The notes under the pieces were generated by a model. It saw nothing but the letters and a program-made list of their open reading frames with translations, was not told the DNA's origin and ran no database searches. A DNA stretch of 64,000 nt from positions 64,001-128,000 of the forward strand of contig JBMFRB010000004.1 of NCBI GenBank assembly GCA_049968255.1. The letters run 5' to 3'. The position numbers and the translations under genes are program-made. This document shows positions 20,419 to 30,564 of the stretch, in pieces (the first letter of the stretch is position 1; each line of letters opens with the position of its first letter). This stretch comes from Candidatus Sumerlaeaceae bacterium (GTDB taxonomy: Bacteria; Sumerlaeota; Sumerlaeia; Sumerlaeales; Sumerlaeaceae).

Positions 20419-20871
20419 TTATGCCACAGCGCTCTGCCGTGTTTTTCTGACGAGTTCCTTCAGAGCTTGGTTAAGGAAGGGTTTCTCGATAAGATCAACA
20501 GCACCAGCCGACAGGGCTCTCACCCAGAGTTCCTCGTCGCCGACCTCGGTCACTACTGCACAGGGGACGTAGCGTTGCGCGCCAACCAGCTCCTTCACAA
20601 GGTCGCAGAAATCGGCGCCCACCTCGTCAGCGTCCACGAAAACGATGTCCACCGCACCTTCGTCTAGGAGTGCGCGCGCCTCAGTTGGCTGCGCAGCAAA
20701 GGAGCATCGGACCTGCACCCCTACTTCGCTCCCTCCCCGCACGAGGGCGTCAGCGAGTTGGTTGTCAATTCCAACGAGCAGCGCTCGCACCGATTCCCGC
20801 ATCCGCGTCTCAACTTTACCCAGCATTGTTGCACCCTCCGAAACTGCTTGTTGGCCCACTTTCTTAGACAT
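20419..20871 (-). CDS. stand-alone response regulator receiver domain
   Basis: DIVFVD, VVT, GAVDLIEKPF. Confidence 0.75.
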   Translation of the reverse strand: MSKKVGQQAVSEGATMLGKVETRMRESVRALLVGIDNQLADALVRGGSEVGVQVRCSFAAQPTEARALLDEGAVDIVFVDADEVGADFCDLVKELVGAQRYVPCAVVTEVGDEELWVRALSAGAVDLIEKPFLNQALKELVRKTRQSAVA

Positions 20872-21123
20872 TTTTAGCCGGCTTACGTTTCGCTAAGAAA
20901 ACGACAAAATTGTGAAATTAATTGGAGCGATTGAAACGAATTTGCTCTTCCCCCCCCATGATCCCGCGGATGGCAATTTGCGAAAACTGTAGCGCAAGAC
21001 GTGACCTAGCGCCATTTCGTTCTCAGAGTCTAACGCCCCACGAAAGAATCTCTGCGAAACAACGTCCGGCCTCGTTTTGACTCATTCATGCTTGAAACCG
21101 AACAGTAGGCGCCGCGGGAGTGT

Positions 21124-21837
21124 ATGCGTCAAGGCGTGAAAACAAAGATTGCCATTTACGATTTCGAAAGCTGCAAAGGTGCGCTTGAATCTCACGCGCA
21201 AGAGTTGGCTGAGTCCGCGGAAGGACTCATCCGTTGGGCTTCATTTCGCGACTTTATCCAAACCTTCGCGCGTGAAGCCTACGAACACCGGACCTGCGTA
21301 CTTGGCCAGTTCGATCCAGACGTCGTCTTTGCGTTTGTCCCCGCAGAAGGGATGAACGCGAATGATCGCGAAGCCTTGTGGGTGACGGTGCTCGCTCATG
21401 CGCGTCAGCTCATGGGCAACACAGCTAATCTCTACTGGATTGATTTTCTCGACGCCGTCGCTCCGAGCGGTGGCCCAAAAACGGGAGCTCTTCAGAACTC
21501 ATGGATTGATTCCACACTGGCTGAAGAGCTTCTGTTGGCTCAGCGTCTTGTCATCTGGGTTTTCTTCAACGTAAAACGATTTATCGAGAAGGTCGTCCAG
21601 CCCCAACTCCAGAAACGAGGTTTCGAAATTCTACCCGATCAATCGGACGAGCAATCGAGCGCCCTGCGCATCAAGCATCCCAAGCGCCCAAGAACGATCT
21701 TTTACCTCCCCTGGGCCGACTGGTTTCGCGAGATGGTGGGCGGAGGATTCAACATGCTTTACCTCATGGCTCTCGTAGCCATCTATTTGCAGAAACTTGA
21801 TCACGCGGTGACGAACAGTGGGCAAGGCGAGCACTAA
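21124..21837 (+). CDS. hypothetical protein
   Basis: 237-aa ORF with GGGAG RBS, overlapping the start of the next gene. Confidence 0.7.
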   Translation: MRQGVKTKIAIYDFESCKGALESHAQELAESAEGLIRWASFRDFIQTFAREAYEHRTCVLGQFDPDVVFAFVPAEGMNANDREALWVTVLAHARQLMGNTANLYWIDFLDAVAPSGGPKTGALQNSWIDSTLAEELLLAQRLVIWVFFNVKRFIEKVVQPQLQKRGFEILPDQSDEQSSALRIKHPKRPRTIFYLPWADWFREMVGGGFNMLYLMALVAIYLQKLDHAVTNSGQGEH

Positions 21838-24115
21838 GCGCCGCTATACCGATCTTGCTCTCTATCGGCGCCTCTTCGGCTATCTCCACGGCACGCGTCA
21901 TATCGTCATCCTTCTCGTTCTCTGCATGGTGCTCGAGGGGGCATTTACGGTGGTTACGATTAGCCTGGTTCGCCCCACCCTCGACCTCCTGGTGAAAAAC
22001 CGAATCTCGGATTCTTCCAAAGTCCGCCAAAAAGGACTTTTCGAAATTGGCCCCACGGTCAAGCTTACCAGCGATTGCGCAGCCGTGCGCGCAGTAGGCG
22101 AGCTCTCGTCGTCACGAGCCGCTGATGAGCTGCGCGACATCTTCGAAGCAGTTTTACGTCCCCCTACGCGCCAATTCTTCGTGGATCTCTCCCAGGCGAC
22201 AGCGATCGGGGATGTCGTGTGGGCACAATTCCTTTTTGCAAAGCTTCTTGCGGATCAGGAAATTAGAGTCGACATCATTCTGCCGCCCAAATGTTCTCCC
22301 CCTTCCGCTTTCTCTCCCAGCAAGAATTTGCATTTCCTCGGTGCTGATGAACCCGCAGCGCAAGAGCTTCTCGCGAACCGACTTGCGCAGGCTCCATTGC
22401 CTAAACTCAGCAAGCCAAAAAAAGAGGGGTTGGTTGCAGCACTGAAAGCTCGCGCCAGTGAGGCAGCTCTGCCTTACATCGAAAAACTTCAAGAATACGT
22501 CATGGTCGGCAGCGCGAACAAATTCCGTGTTCTTGCCGCCATTCTTGCCCTCCTTGTCATCTCGGCTCTTGGCATGGTCATCGCCTCGTTCGGCGTAGGG
22601 TATCTCAGCGCTTACTTGGCAAATCTGTGCGTCACGCGGCTGCGAAATCACGTCATGCGGCACATGTTGCAGCTCGACATGGAATTCTTCAATCGCTACT
22701 CGGTGGGCAATCTGATGTCCACCGTCACGCAAGATGTCGCCGCTGTCTCCGGCGCAATTGATATTCTCTTTTCCAACGTCCTGAAAACCCCTATCACCGT
22801 CGCGATGCTCATCGCCGCAATGTTCTTCGTCTCGCCGAAGCTCACCCTTTATAGCCTTTCTGTGGCTCCGCTCATCGGCCTTCTTCTCTACGGCATAGGC
22901 CGCCGCGTTCGAAAAGTAAGCCAACGGATCCAGGAACTGCGCGCACTTCTCTCCTCGATTGCCCAGGAGTCCTTTGCAGGCATTCGTGTAGTAAAAGCTT
23001 TCAACATGGAAGAACGCCAAGCGAACCGCTACGAGGGCGAGAGCTGGATAGCATTCAAGCGCGGCATGAAAACCGTTATTGCCGAGGAGCTCGGAACTGG
23101 CCTCACCGCGTTCCTTGGCGTTTTCACCGTTGCCGCCATGATCCTACTCGGCGGTTATTATGTTCTCCAGACGCGCGAACTCAGTGGATCAGAATTCGTC
23201 CTCTTTGTCGTCTTCCTCTCTCAAGTTTTCCGCCCTCTCAAAGGGAGCAGCCGCGTCATTTCCAAAATCCAGCGGGGCATGGCGGGCAGCGATCGCGTTT
23301 TCCGTGTTCTCGACCAGCAGCCGAAAATCAAAGACGATCCCGCAGCGCCCTCAATCGGCGCGCCACAGCGCGAAATTCGTTTCGAACATGTATGGTTCCG
23401 CTACCATCCAACCTCAAACTTCGTCCTGCACGACGTAGATCTTGCCCTCGAGGCAGGAAAGGCGTTAGCCATCGTCGGAGAAACCGGATCAGGCAAAACA
23501 ACGCTCGTCAGTCTGTTGCCCCGCTTCTTTGATCCCAGCGAAGGGCGCGTCCTCTTCGACGGCACGGACATCCGCGCTGTACGCGTACGCTCACTCCGCA
23601 ATCTCATCGCGCTGATTTCCCAAGACGTCATTCTCTTCGATGACACAGTAGCCAACAACATAGCTTACGGAATGCCGCCAGACACGCCGCTGGAAAAAAT
23701 CATAGAGGCGGCCAAAGCCGCAAACGCACACGACTTTATCATGCGCCTTCCGAAAGGTTACGACACGCTCGTTGGCGGACGCGGCGTGCGCCTCTCGGGA
23801 GGAGAACGTCAGCGAATCTCCATTGCACGCGCCTTCCTAAAAAATGCCCCCATTTTGATTCTCGACGAAGCGACCAGTCAGCTGGACGCAGAAACCGAAT
23901 CAATGATTCAGCAGTCCCTGCTTGAGATCATGAAGAACCGCACCGTTTTCGTTGTTGCGCATCGTTTGGCCACGATTTTGCACTGCAATGAGATCATCGT
24001 TCTTGACGCGGGGCGTATCGTTGAGCGCGGCACTCATGAAGAGCTTCTCCAGCTTGGCGGCCGCTATGCTCGCTATTACCAGCTTCAGTTCGCCACCACC
24101 GCAGAGAATGCGTGA
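21818..24115 (+). CDS. MsbA-like ABC exporter (TMD+NBD) with a large insertion in loop 1
   Basis: GETGSGKT, LSGGERQR, LDEATS, AHRL; six-TM pattern; adjacent to a GT9 gene. Confidence 0.9.
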   Translation: MGKASTKRRYTDLALYRRLFGYLHGTRHIVILLVLCMVLEGAFTVVTISLVRPTLDLLVKNRISDSSKVRQKGLFEIGPTVKLTSDCAAVRAVGELSSSRAADELRDIFEAVLRPPTRQFFVDLSQATAIGDVVWAQFLFAKLLADQEIRVDIILPPKCSPPSAFSPSKNLHFLGADEPAAQELLANRLAQAPLPKLSKPKKEGLVAALKARASEAALPYIEKLQEYVMVGSANKFRVLAAILALLVISALGMVIASFGVGYLSAYLANLCVTRLRNHVMRHMLQLDMEFFNRYSVGNLMSTVTQDVAAVSGAIDILFSNVLKTPITVAMLIAAMFFVSPKLTLYSLSVAPLIGLLLYGIGRRVRKVSQRIQELRALLSSIAQESFAGIRVVKAFNMEERQANRYEGESWIAFKRGMKTVIAEELGTGLTAFLGVFTVAAMILLGGYYVLQTRELSGSEFVLFVVFLSQVFRPLKGSSRVISKIQRGMAGSDRVFRVLDQQPKIKDDPAAPSIGAPQREIRFEHVWFRYHPTSNFVLHDVDLALEAGKALAIVGETGSGKTTLVSLLPRFFDPSEGRVLFDGTDIRAVRVRSLRNLIALISQDVILFDDTVANNIAYGMPPDTPLEKIIEAAKAANAHDFIMRLPKGYDTLVGGRGVRLSGGERQRISIARAFLKNAPILILDEATSQLDAETESMIQQSLLEIMKNRTVFVVAHRLATILHCNEIIVLDAGRIVERGTHEELLQLGGRYARYYQLQFATTAENA

Positions 24116-24198
24116 GTACTCAGCGAGTTGTGACTCGCTTTCGACTAACGTTGGTATTTGCAATCCGAAGGCCACTGCTATTACTGACGAGCTTCAGA

Positions 24199-25401
24199 AT
24201 GCTGCAATTCGATGATATCCGCTTCGACTGCGCTCATTACACTGGCTATAAGCCGTGCCGCTTCGGCAATGAATGCAATGGCTGCTGGCATTATGAGCCG
24301 CGCGAGCCCTACGCCGCAGAGCCGGCCCAGCCGCTGCGCACCGTTGCTCCAGCCCGCTCCTTCGATGATCGCTCTCCCTTTCGTATTCTCATCATAAAAA
24401 CGGGCGCGATGGGCGACGTGCTCCGAACAACAACTTTGCTCGCCCCACTTATTCGGGCCTATCCAAGCGCACAAATCACCTGGGTTACCGACGTTTCGGC
24501 TTTACCGCTTCTCCGACACAATCCCCAAATACATCGGCTCCTTTCGCTCACAGAGGAAACCCAGCAACAGCTGCGAACCGAAACCTTTGACCTTCTTCTC
24601 AATTTCGAGAAAGAGCCCGTGCCCTTGGCTTTGGCGAGTGTCGTGCCGGCGCGCTGCCATCGTGGGTTTGCCCCCTCATTGTGGAATACACCCACGGTGT
24701 TCAACGATGCGTCGCGCTACGCGCTCCTGCTTGGCGTCAGCGATGAACTCAAGTTTCGTGTAAATAAGAAAACATATCCACAAATTATCGCAGAGATGGC
24801 CGAGCTCACTTATGAGCGCGATCCTTACGAACTTTTTCTCCCCAAGGTCGCCTTCGCGAAGCGCGAGCAACTCTTGAGAGCTTTTGCGGCCGCCCCCCGC
24901 CCGTGGATAGGTTTGAACACAGGTTGTGGATCGGTGTTTCGCACGAAACTCTGGCCAATGGAGCGTTGGATTGAGCTAATCCGCGAGCTTCAAAGCACCT
25001 TGCCGTCTCTTACACTTCTTTTGCTCGGCGGACCGGCAGAGCGCGAAATGAACGCGCAAATCCTGAACCATTGCCCCAGCCTCATCGACACGGGTTGCGA
25101 TAACTCGTTAGAAGAGTTTTTTGGCATCGTAGATGCCTGTGATCTCGTGGTAAGCTCCGACAGCCTTGCCATGCACATTGCCATTGCTCTGCGCAAGCTG
25201 GTCGTCGCGCTTTTCGGATCAACATCTGCCACGGAAATTGATCTCTACGACCGTGGCGAAAAAGTGATCACAGATTTCGAATGTAGCCCATGCTACCTCA
25301 AGCAGTGCGACAAAAGTCCGACCTGTATGCAGGCCATGACCGGTCGCACAGTGGCCCATGCGGTGGTTCGAGTGCTTCAATCTGGCGTGGAGGTCCATTG
25401 A
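24199..25401 (+). CDS. GT9 heptosyltransferase-family glycosyltransferase with Cys-rich termini
   Basis: GAMGDVLRT, KLWP, DSLAMHIA, LFGST, CSPC. Confidence 0.88.
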   Translation: MLQFDDIRFDCAHYTGYKPCRFGNECNGCWHYEPREPYAAEPAQPLRTVAPARSFDDRSPFRILIIKTGAMGDVLRTTTLLAPLIRAYPSAQITWVTDVSALPLLRHNPQIHRLLSLTEETQQQLRTETFDLLLNFEKEPVPLALASVVPARCHRGFAPSLWNTPTVFNDASRYALLLGVSDELKFRVNKKTYPQIIAEMAELTYERDPYELFLPKVAFAKREQLLRAFAAAPRPWIGLNTGCGSVFRTKLWPMERWIELIRELQSTLPSLTLLLLGGPAEREMNAQILNHCPSLIDTGCDNSLEEFFGIVDACDLVVSSDSLAMHIAIALRKLVVALFGSTSATEIDLYDRGEKVITDFECSPCYLKQCDKSPTCMQAMTGRTVAHAVVRVLQSGVEVH

Positions 25402-27102
25402 ATGCTTGAGCAAAACGCAGATGAGTTACCTCCGCCGCCGAAAGATCCCCCAGCGGGAGTTTTCATTTCTCGCCCTCGTGTGACCTCGATCCTCGTGGCC
25501 TTGTTTGCGATTTGGTTGTGCACTTTCGGCCAGTTCACAGCACACCGAATAGCTATTGCATTGGAGCACCCCCACCTTCAGCTCGACAACGAAGAAGGCG
25601 CGTTGCTTGACCAAACATTGCAGTTGCGCCGCGGGCACTTGCCTTACCGTCCGCTTAACGATTACCCCTATAGCGTAGGCACCTACCCACCCCTCTATCT
25701 CATTGCCGCCGCAATGCTCACAATGCCCGACGCCCCATCGCTCTACGGAGGACGCCTCATTTCCGCAGGAGCGCTTGTTGTTCTTTGGTTAGCAATATCT
25801 GTCACGGCATGGCGAGTTTCTCGTTCCGTCCTGGCGGCGTTGATCGCAGCAGGAATTTTTATCGCAACGTTCGAAGTTTACAGCTGGAGCCCGTACTTTC
25901 GCGTCGACATGCTGGCTCTAGCTTCCACGCTGCTAGGAATCAGCATGGCACTTTCGTTTCGACTTTGCACCACAACCCTCGCTGCTGGGGCAGTCCTTTT
26001 CGCCTGTGCGTTTTTCACTAAACAAACAAGTGTTGCCGCGCCGCTTGCGCTTGCCGCTACGCTCGCATTCCACCAACGTCAGCTCGCTGCGAAATTTTTG
26101 TTTTTCTATGGGGCTGCCGTAGCGATTCCATTCCTTCTCCTCACTATGCTGACTCGCGGTCAGTTTTTTGTCCACACGGTGTTGTACAACGTAAATCGCA
26201 TGAATTGGGCCGATCTCGTCGTCTGGGCCAAACACGTGTGGCGCTTCTATCCCTGGCTCCTCGGTCTGCTCCTTGCTGCATTGGCGCTCCCGCAGCAAGA
26301 GATCACCCAAAAGCGCGAAGTTGCTCCTCCTCCCCCAACTGATAAGACAAGCGACCAGCTACGATCAGATGACCTCGCGAGTACTCTCTCCGGGGGCGAG
26401 CGTTTCGTCCCCTCATCGCCGGGGCAGAACATCCGAGACTCGCTTGCTCTCCTAAAGTTATACTTTCTTTTTTCGCTTCTCAATTTTTTCGCATTGGCAA
26501 AGTCAGGAAGTGCGGAAAATTATCTCCTCGAGCCTCTCGCTGCCGCCGCCATTCTTGTCGCTGTTGCTTTCGGGCATACTTTGCGTGCCCAAGCTTCACA
26601 GAATTCTCGGCATCTTCAGGTTGATGGTGTGCTTGCTATCCTCCTTTTGTGCCACACGGTCCATATCGCCCGTTGGGCACCTGTGATGTTTAGTAGTGGC
26701 AAAGACCCCACAGCCGAAGACTTTCGATTAGCTTCCCTGGTGACCCAGCGTCTCCGCTCAGCTCGTGGGCCGGTCGTAAGCGAGCTAGCCGCTTACACAG
26801 TGTTCGCGGGAAAACCAGTCTTATTTCAGCCGTTCATTATGAGCGAGCTCGCCCGCCAACATCGTTGGAACGAAACCAAATTTCTGCGCGACATCATCGA
26901 CAAGCGCTTTTCCCTTATTGCCACAACCGTTGACCTCACCACAGATGCCTACACGGACGCATTTACTCCCGCGATGCGGCAAGCGATCCGTGAGCACTAT
27001 GTGTGTGCGGAAAGACTAGAGAGCGGTCGGCTTTGGCGCTATTACCTCTTCCAACCCAAGACAAACGGCGTTGTGCCGCAATTGCAGGGTCAGGCCCCAT
27101 AA
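25402..27102 (+). CDS. GT-C membrane glycosyltransferase (ArnT/PMT-like)
   Basis: NEEG acidic loop, YPPLY, GRLIS, RVDM, FTKQ; many TM helices. Confidence 0.7.
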   Translation: MLEQNADELPPPPKDPPAGVFISRPRVTSILVALFAIWLCTFGQFTAHRIAIALEHPHLQLDNEEGALLDQTLQLRRGHLPYRPLNDYPYSVGTYPPLYLIAAAMLTMPDAPSLYGGRLISAGALVVLWLAISVTAWRVSRSVLAALIAAGIFIATFEVYSWSPYFRVDMLALASTLLGISMALSFRLCTTTLAAGAVLFACAFFTKQTSVAAPLALAATLAFHQRQLAAKFLFFYGAAVAIPFLLLTMLTRGQFFVHTVLYNVNRMNWADLVVWAKHVWRFYPWLLGLLLAALALPQQEITQKREVAPPPPTDKTSDQLRSDDLASTLSGGERFVPSSPGQNIRDSLALLKLYFLFSLLNFFALAKSGSAENYLLEPLAAAAILVAVAFGHTLRAQASQNSRHLQVDGVLAILLLCHTVHIARWAPVMFSSGKDPTAEDFRLASLVTQRLRSARGPVVSELAAYTVFAGKPVLFQPFIMSELARQHRWNETKFLRDIIDKRFSLIATTVDLTTDAYTDAFTPAMRQAIREHYVCAERLESGRLWRYYLFQPKTNGVVPQLQGQAP

Positions 27103-28002
27103 ATGATTAGCTTTTCCTCACACTTTGCAGGGCGCATGCTCATGCTTGCCTCGGCCCTTAGCTTTGGTGTCATGGCCCTTCTCACGCGCATTCTCACCTC
27201 CGTCCCCAGCGCGGAAAAAGTGTTCTTCCGCAGTCTTTTCGGACTAATTCTCACAGGCGCCGCTTTCATAATGTTTTGCCGTCCACTTCCACGTCCGCGG
27301 AACTATGCTGGCCTTATTTGGCGCGGTGTTTTCGGAAGCCTCGCGCTGCTTTGCTATTTCTACGCCATTGACCGGTGCGGCTTGCCCAAAGCGACGCTTT
27401 ATTGTTACACCTACCCAGTCTGGGCGACCTTGCTGGCGTGGATTGAGCTAGGGGAGAAGCCGTCACCCCACGCTGTGGCGGCGACGCTCGTTGCGATCGT
27501 TGGCGTTGCTCTCACTCTGGATCTTGCGCAGGGAGCCGCTCTCTCCTTCTCGCACGCCGATGCCGTCGGACTCCTCTCTGGCGCCTTCACTGGCGCCGCC
27601 ATCGTCAGCGTTCGCCGTCTTCGCCAAGCTGAGTCTTCTTGGTGGATAGTGATCTTTTTCACTGCAACAGGGGTTTTTTTCAGCGCACCATTTCTTCTTG
27701 TCTCTTTCTCTGCGCCTCGCTCTGTCGAATGGATCTTACTTTCGGCGCTCGCCGCCACCGCGGCGATTGCTCAACTTCTCATGACAAAAGCCTATCGGGT
27801 TCTCTTGGCGGCGGAAGGCAGCTTGCTCTCGCTTACGGTGGTCCTCTGGAGCTCGCTATTCTCTGTAGTCTTTTTATCGGAAGTTCCACCATTGCGGTTT
27901 TGGATTGGGGCTTCGCTGGTCTTCCTCGCGGTCGGTTGGCTTGTGCTGCACCAACCCACCTCCCAATCAGCCGCATCAACCGATCCCCCCCCTCTCGACT
28001 GA
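27103..28002 (+). CDS. DMT/EamA family transporter
   Basis: About 10 TM helices, FFRS, RGVFG, LGEK, QLLMTKAY. Confidence 0.88.
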   Translation: MISFSSHFAGRMLMLASALSFGVMALLTRILTSVPSAEKVFFRSLFGLILTGAAFIMFCRPLPRPRNYAGLIWRGVFGSLALLCYFYAIDRCGLPKATLYCYTYPVWATLLAWIELGEKPSPHAVAATLVAIVGVALTLDLAQGAALSFSHADAVGLLSGAFTGAAIVSVRRLRQAESSWWIVIFFTATGVFFSAPFLLVSFSAPRSVEWILLSALAATAAIAQLLMTKAYRVLLAAEGSLLSLTVVLWSSLFSVVFLSEVPPLRFWIGASLVFLAVGWLVLHQPTSQSAASTDPPPLD

Positions 28003-28321
28003 TTTTTCCATGTCGACCTTTCTCAGCTCTGCCGCCTAGAAAAGAGAGTTTCCCTTTGCACGACCGCGCGACCGTGGAAGGTCTTCTAGGGGCACTGCGT
28101 TATTTTTCTCAGAAGTCCTCTCCGCAGTGGGAGGACTATTCCAATTTGCGCCGGTCTGTGCGGCATTCGCGGACGTTCACAACATAAACCTCCCCTGATC
28201 ATCCGTGAAGGTCGCATCGAAAAGGTGATTCCTGATGTCAGTCCAAGACATCACGTAGTTTTTTAGGGGCCTGCCCACGATTTTCCGCGCGCATTTGGAC
28301 GTCACGGCACGCGGCGTGTAT

Positions 28322-29395
28322 TCAATCGAGCCACTCCTGCAAGTGACTCGACACGAATGCATCGTCCGGAAGCCACGGATATTGTTCGCTTACACGCGTG
28401 ATCTCTTCAGCCTGTCCTGGCGAAAGATCTAGGGCCGGATCCAAGCAAAGGCGACTTCGCAATAGGCCTTGCCGTCGCAATACCTCATTGATGCCAGGAA
28501 TACACCCGCGGAAATTGTTGGCGGCATCAAAGATTGCCGCATTCGCGTCGGTCAGCTGTGCGCCACGCACTAGGAGTGACTTGGGCACATCGTCCCTGCA
28601 GAAGTTCACTTCATGGATTTCGTGCAACAGACGCACTGCTGTTCTCGTCCACACACTGAATTGCCCCAGCAGTCCCCCTCGCACGTACACTGCTGATCCC
28701 TTGCAGCGCGTGTCCACCGCAAATGGAGTTGTGAGATCGGCTACAATGTTATCATCGTTACCGGTATACAGCGCGATTTCTTTGTCGCGTCCCGCGTTGC
28801 AGACCGCACGCACAACGTCCAGCGTGTGATAGCGATTGAACGGGGCAATCTTGATCGCCACCACGTTTTCAATCTCGACAAACTCGCGCCAGAATTCGTA
28901 GGCAAGAACGCGCCCTCCTACTGCAGGCTGCAGATAAAAGCCAACAAGCGGCGCGACTTCGGCCACTCTTTTGCAGTGATCAAGGAGTCGCCGAACACTC
29001 AGCCTAGCGAGACCAGCCAGACTAAGCAAAACGGCGTCGTAACCACATCGCTTTGCTAACGCCGCTTCAACCCGGGCTTGTCGCGTGTTGCCGCAGACAC
29101 CGGCTATTTTTACGAGGCGCTTGCGAATAACACGCTCAGCCTCCTCTGCTGCCTCTGCGCACACCTTCAGTACCGGCTCGAAGAGTTTGATCTGTGAATC
29201 ACGAATCTCAAATTGAGTCGTGTGAACTGCCACCGCGATTCCGATCGCCCCTGCTGAGGCATAATAGCGGATAAGCGCGCGCTGATGGCGCACATCGAAG
29301 CGACGCTTCTCATCCAATGCCAGCGGCACCGCCGGAATCACTCCGCCCTTGCGCAGCTCTGTCAGAACATCGTGGTCAGGCATGGGCAGCGTCAC
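28322..29395 (-). CDS. dihydrodipicolinate synthase-family (class I aldolase) protein
   Basis: VIPAVP, HTTQF, FYLQ, AIKIAPF with Schiff-base Lys, YTGNDD. Confidence 0.85.
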   Translation of the reverse strand: MTLPMPDHDVLTELRKGGVIPAVPLALDEKRRFDVRHQRALIRYYASAGAIGIAVAVHTTQFEIRDSQIKLFEPVLKVCAEAAEEAERVIRKRLVKIAGVCGNTRQARVEAALAKRCGYDAVLLSLAGLARLSVRRLLDHCKRVAEVAPLVGFYLQPAVGGRVLAYEFWREFVEIENVVAIKIAPFNRYHTLDVVRAVCNAGRDKEIALYTGNDDNIVADLTTPFAVDTRCKGSAVYVRGGLLGQFSVWTRTAVRLLHEIHEVNFCRDDVPKSLLVRGAQLTDANAAIFDAANNFRGCIPGINEVLRRQGLLRSRLCLDPALDLSPGQAEEITRVSEQYPWLPDDAFVSSHLQEWLD

Positions 29396-29410
29396 AAGTG
29401 TTTCCTCCTC

Positions 29411-30463
29411 TCAGTCGAGAAATTGTCCATCGGTCACCTGGAAATGCGTCGGCCTGCCTAGCAGCGGCATTCCATGTCCCACCCAATGAGCCGTCCAGCG
29501 AATCATTGTCTCTTCGTCCACCTGGGGATGGCCAAAAATTTCGTGCGCTCGCCGCGCATCCGTAAGGTAAGCCACTTTCCCTTCATCGTCTGCGAAGTGT
29601 ACGTCTTTTCCCATCTGAGCTGCAAGGCTCAGCGCCACCTCGCGCACCCAGAGCTTTCTAAGCCCGCTGACATTCAATTTTCGGGCTGGCACCTCCGCAA
29701 GTGCGATGCTCCGCAGCGTCCAGTTATTCATGTCTCCCTGCCAGATGATGTTCACTGCTGGCACACGAAGCGACACACGACGCCCTGCTGCAATATCGCT
29801 GGCGATGTCAGTCAGAACCCCATAGCGCAGCGCGTGGGCATAATTGAGACGGATCAACACCGTAGGCGCATGCCAGTGCTCGCACAAATACTCAAAGATG
29901 CGTTCGCGTCCCAGACATGACCAGGCATATTCTCCAACTGGACCGACCGAATGCTCCTCACTACAGCCAGACGAGTGCACCGGAACCAGCGGATAAACGC
30001 AGCCGGTCGAAAATGCGACAAGTCTTTCCGCCTCTGCTAGGAGCGGAGCCAAGCACAGGGGCACGGCAGTGTTCGTTGCCCATGTAAGGGGCTCCGTGCC
30101 GCGACCACCGAATTTCCGGCCGGCTAAGAAAATGACATAGGGGACTTTGGGCAGTTGTTCAACCTCGCGAAAATTAAGCAGATCGCAAGGGATCGGGTGC
30201 ACTCCCGCGAGCTGCAGATCTCGCCGCAGCTCCACGTCAGAGAAGCGCGAAACGCCGAAAACTTTTGCATTCTTGCCTGCCGCAGCAAAAGCGCGCACGG
30301 CCATTCGCGCAAGAGACGGTCCCACTTTTCCCCCGACACCAAGAATCATGAGGTCGCCAGTGCATCGGCTCAATGCTGCGATCGTCTCCTCATGAGGCCG
30401 GGAAAGAAGTTCCTCGAGTTGAGCTTCGCTCTCAACAATAGTGGGGAGATCTCGCTCCTTCAT
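29411..30463 (-). CDS. NAD-dependent epimerase/dehydratase family protein
   Basis: LGVGGKVG, FSTGCVY, EYAWSC, RLNYA; start set at MKERD (30463). Confidence 0.85.
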   Translation of the reverse strand: MKERDLPTIVESEAQLEELLSRPHEETIAALSRCTGDLMILGVGGKVGPSLARMAVRAFAAAGKNAKVFGVSRFSDVELRRDLQLAGVHPIPCDLLNFREVEQLPKVPYVIFLAGRKFGGRGTEPLTWATNTAVPLCLAPLLAEAERLVAFSTGCVYPLVPVHSSGCSEEHSVGPVGEYAWSCLGRERIFEYLCEHWHAPTVLIRLNYAHALRYGVLTDIASDIAAGRRVSLRVPAVNIIWQGDMNNWTLRSIALAEVPARKLNVSGLRKLWVREVALSLAAQMGKDVHFADDEGKVAYLTDARRAHEIFGHPQVDEETMIRWTAHWVGHGMPLLGRPTHFQVTDGQFLD

Positions 30464-30564
30464 GATATTTTGTTCCCGCACGCCATTCGACGAACTTTGC
30501 TTGCAGCTACCCGTGAGAACATAGGAAGGAAAACCAACAGGCAAACCAAAAAGGAACGATCAGT

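Noticed and set aside
20950-20957. C8 tract in a divergent promoter region (phase variation?)
   Set aside because: Short, single, and length variation cannot be seen in one sequence
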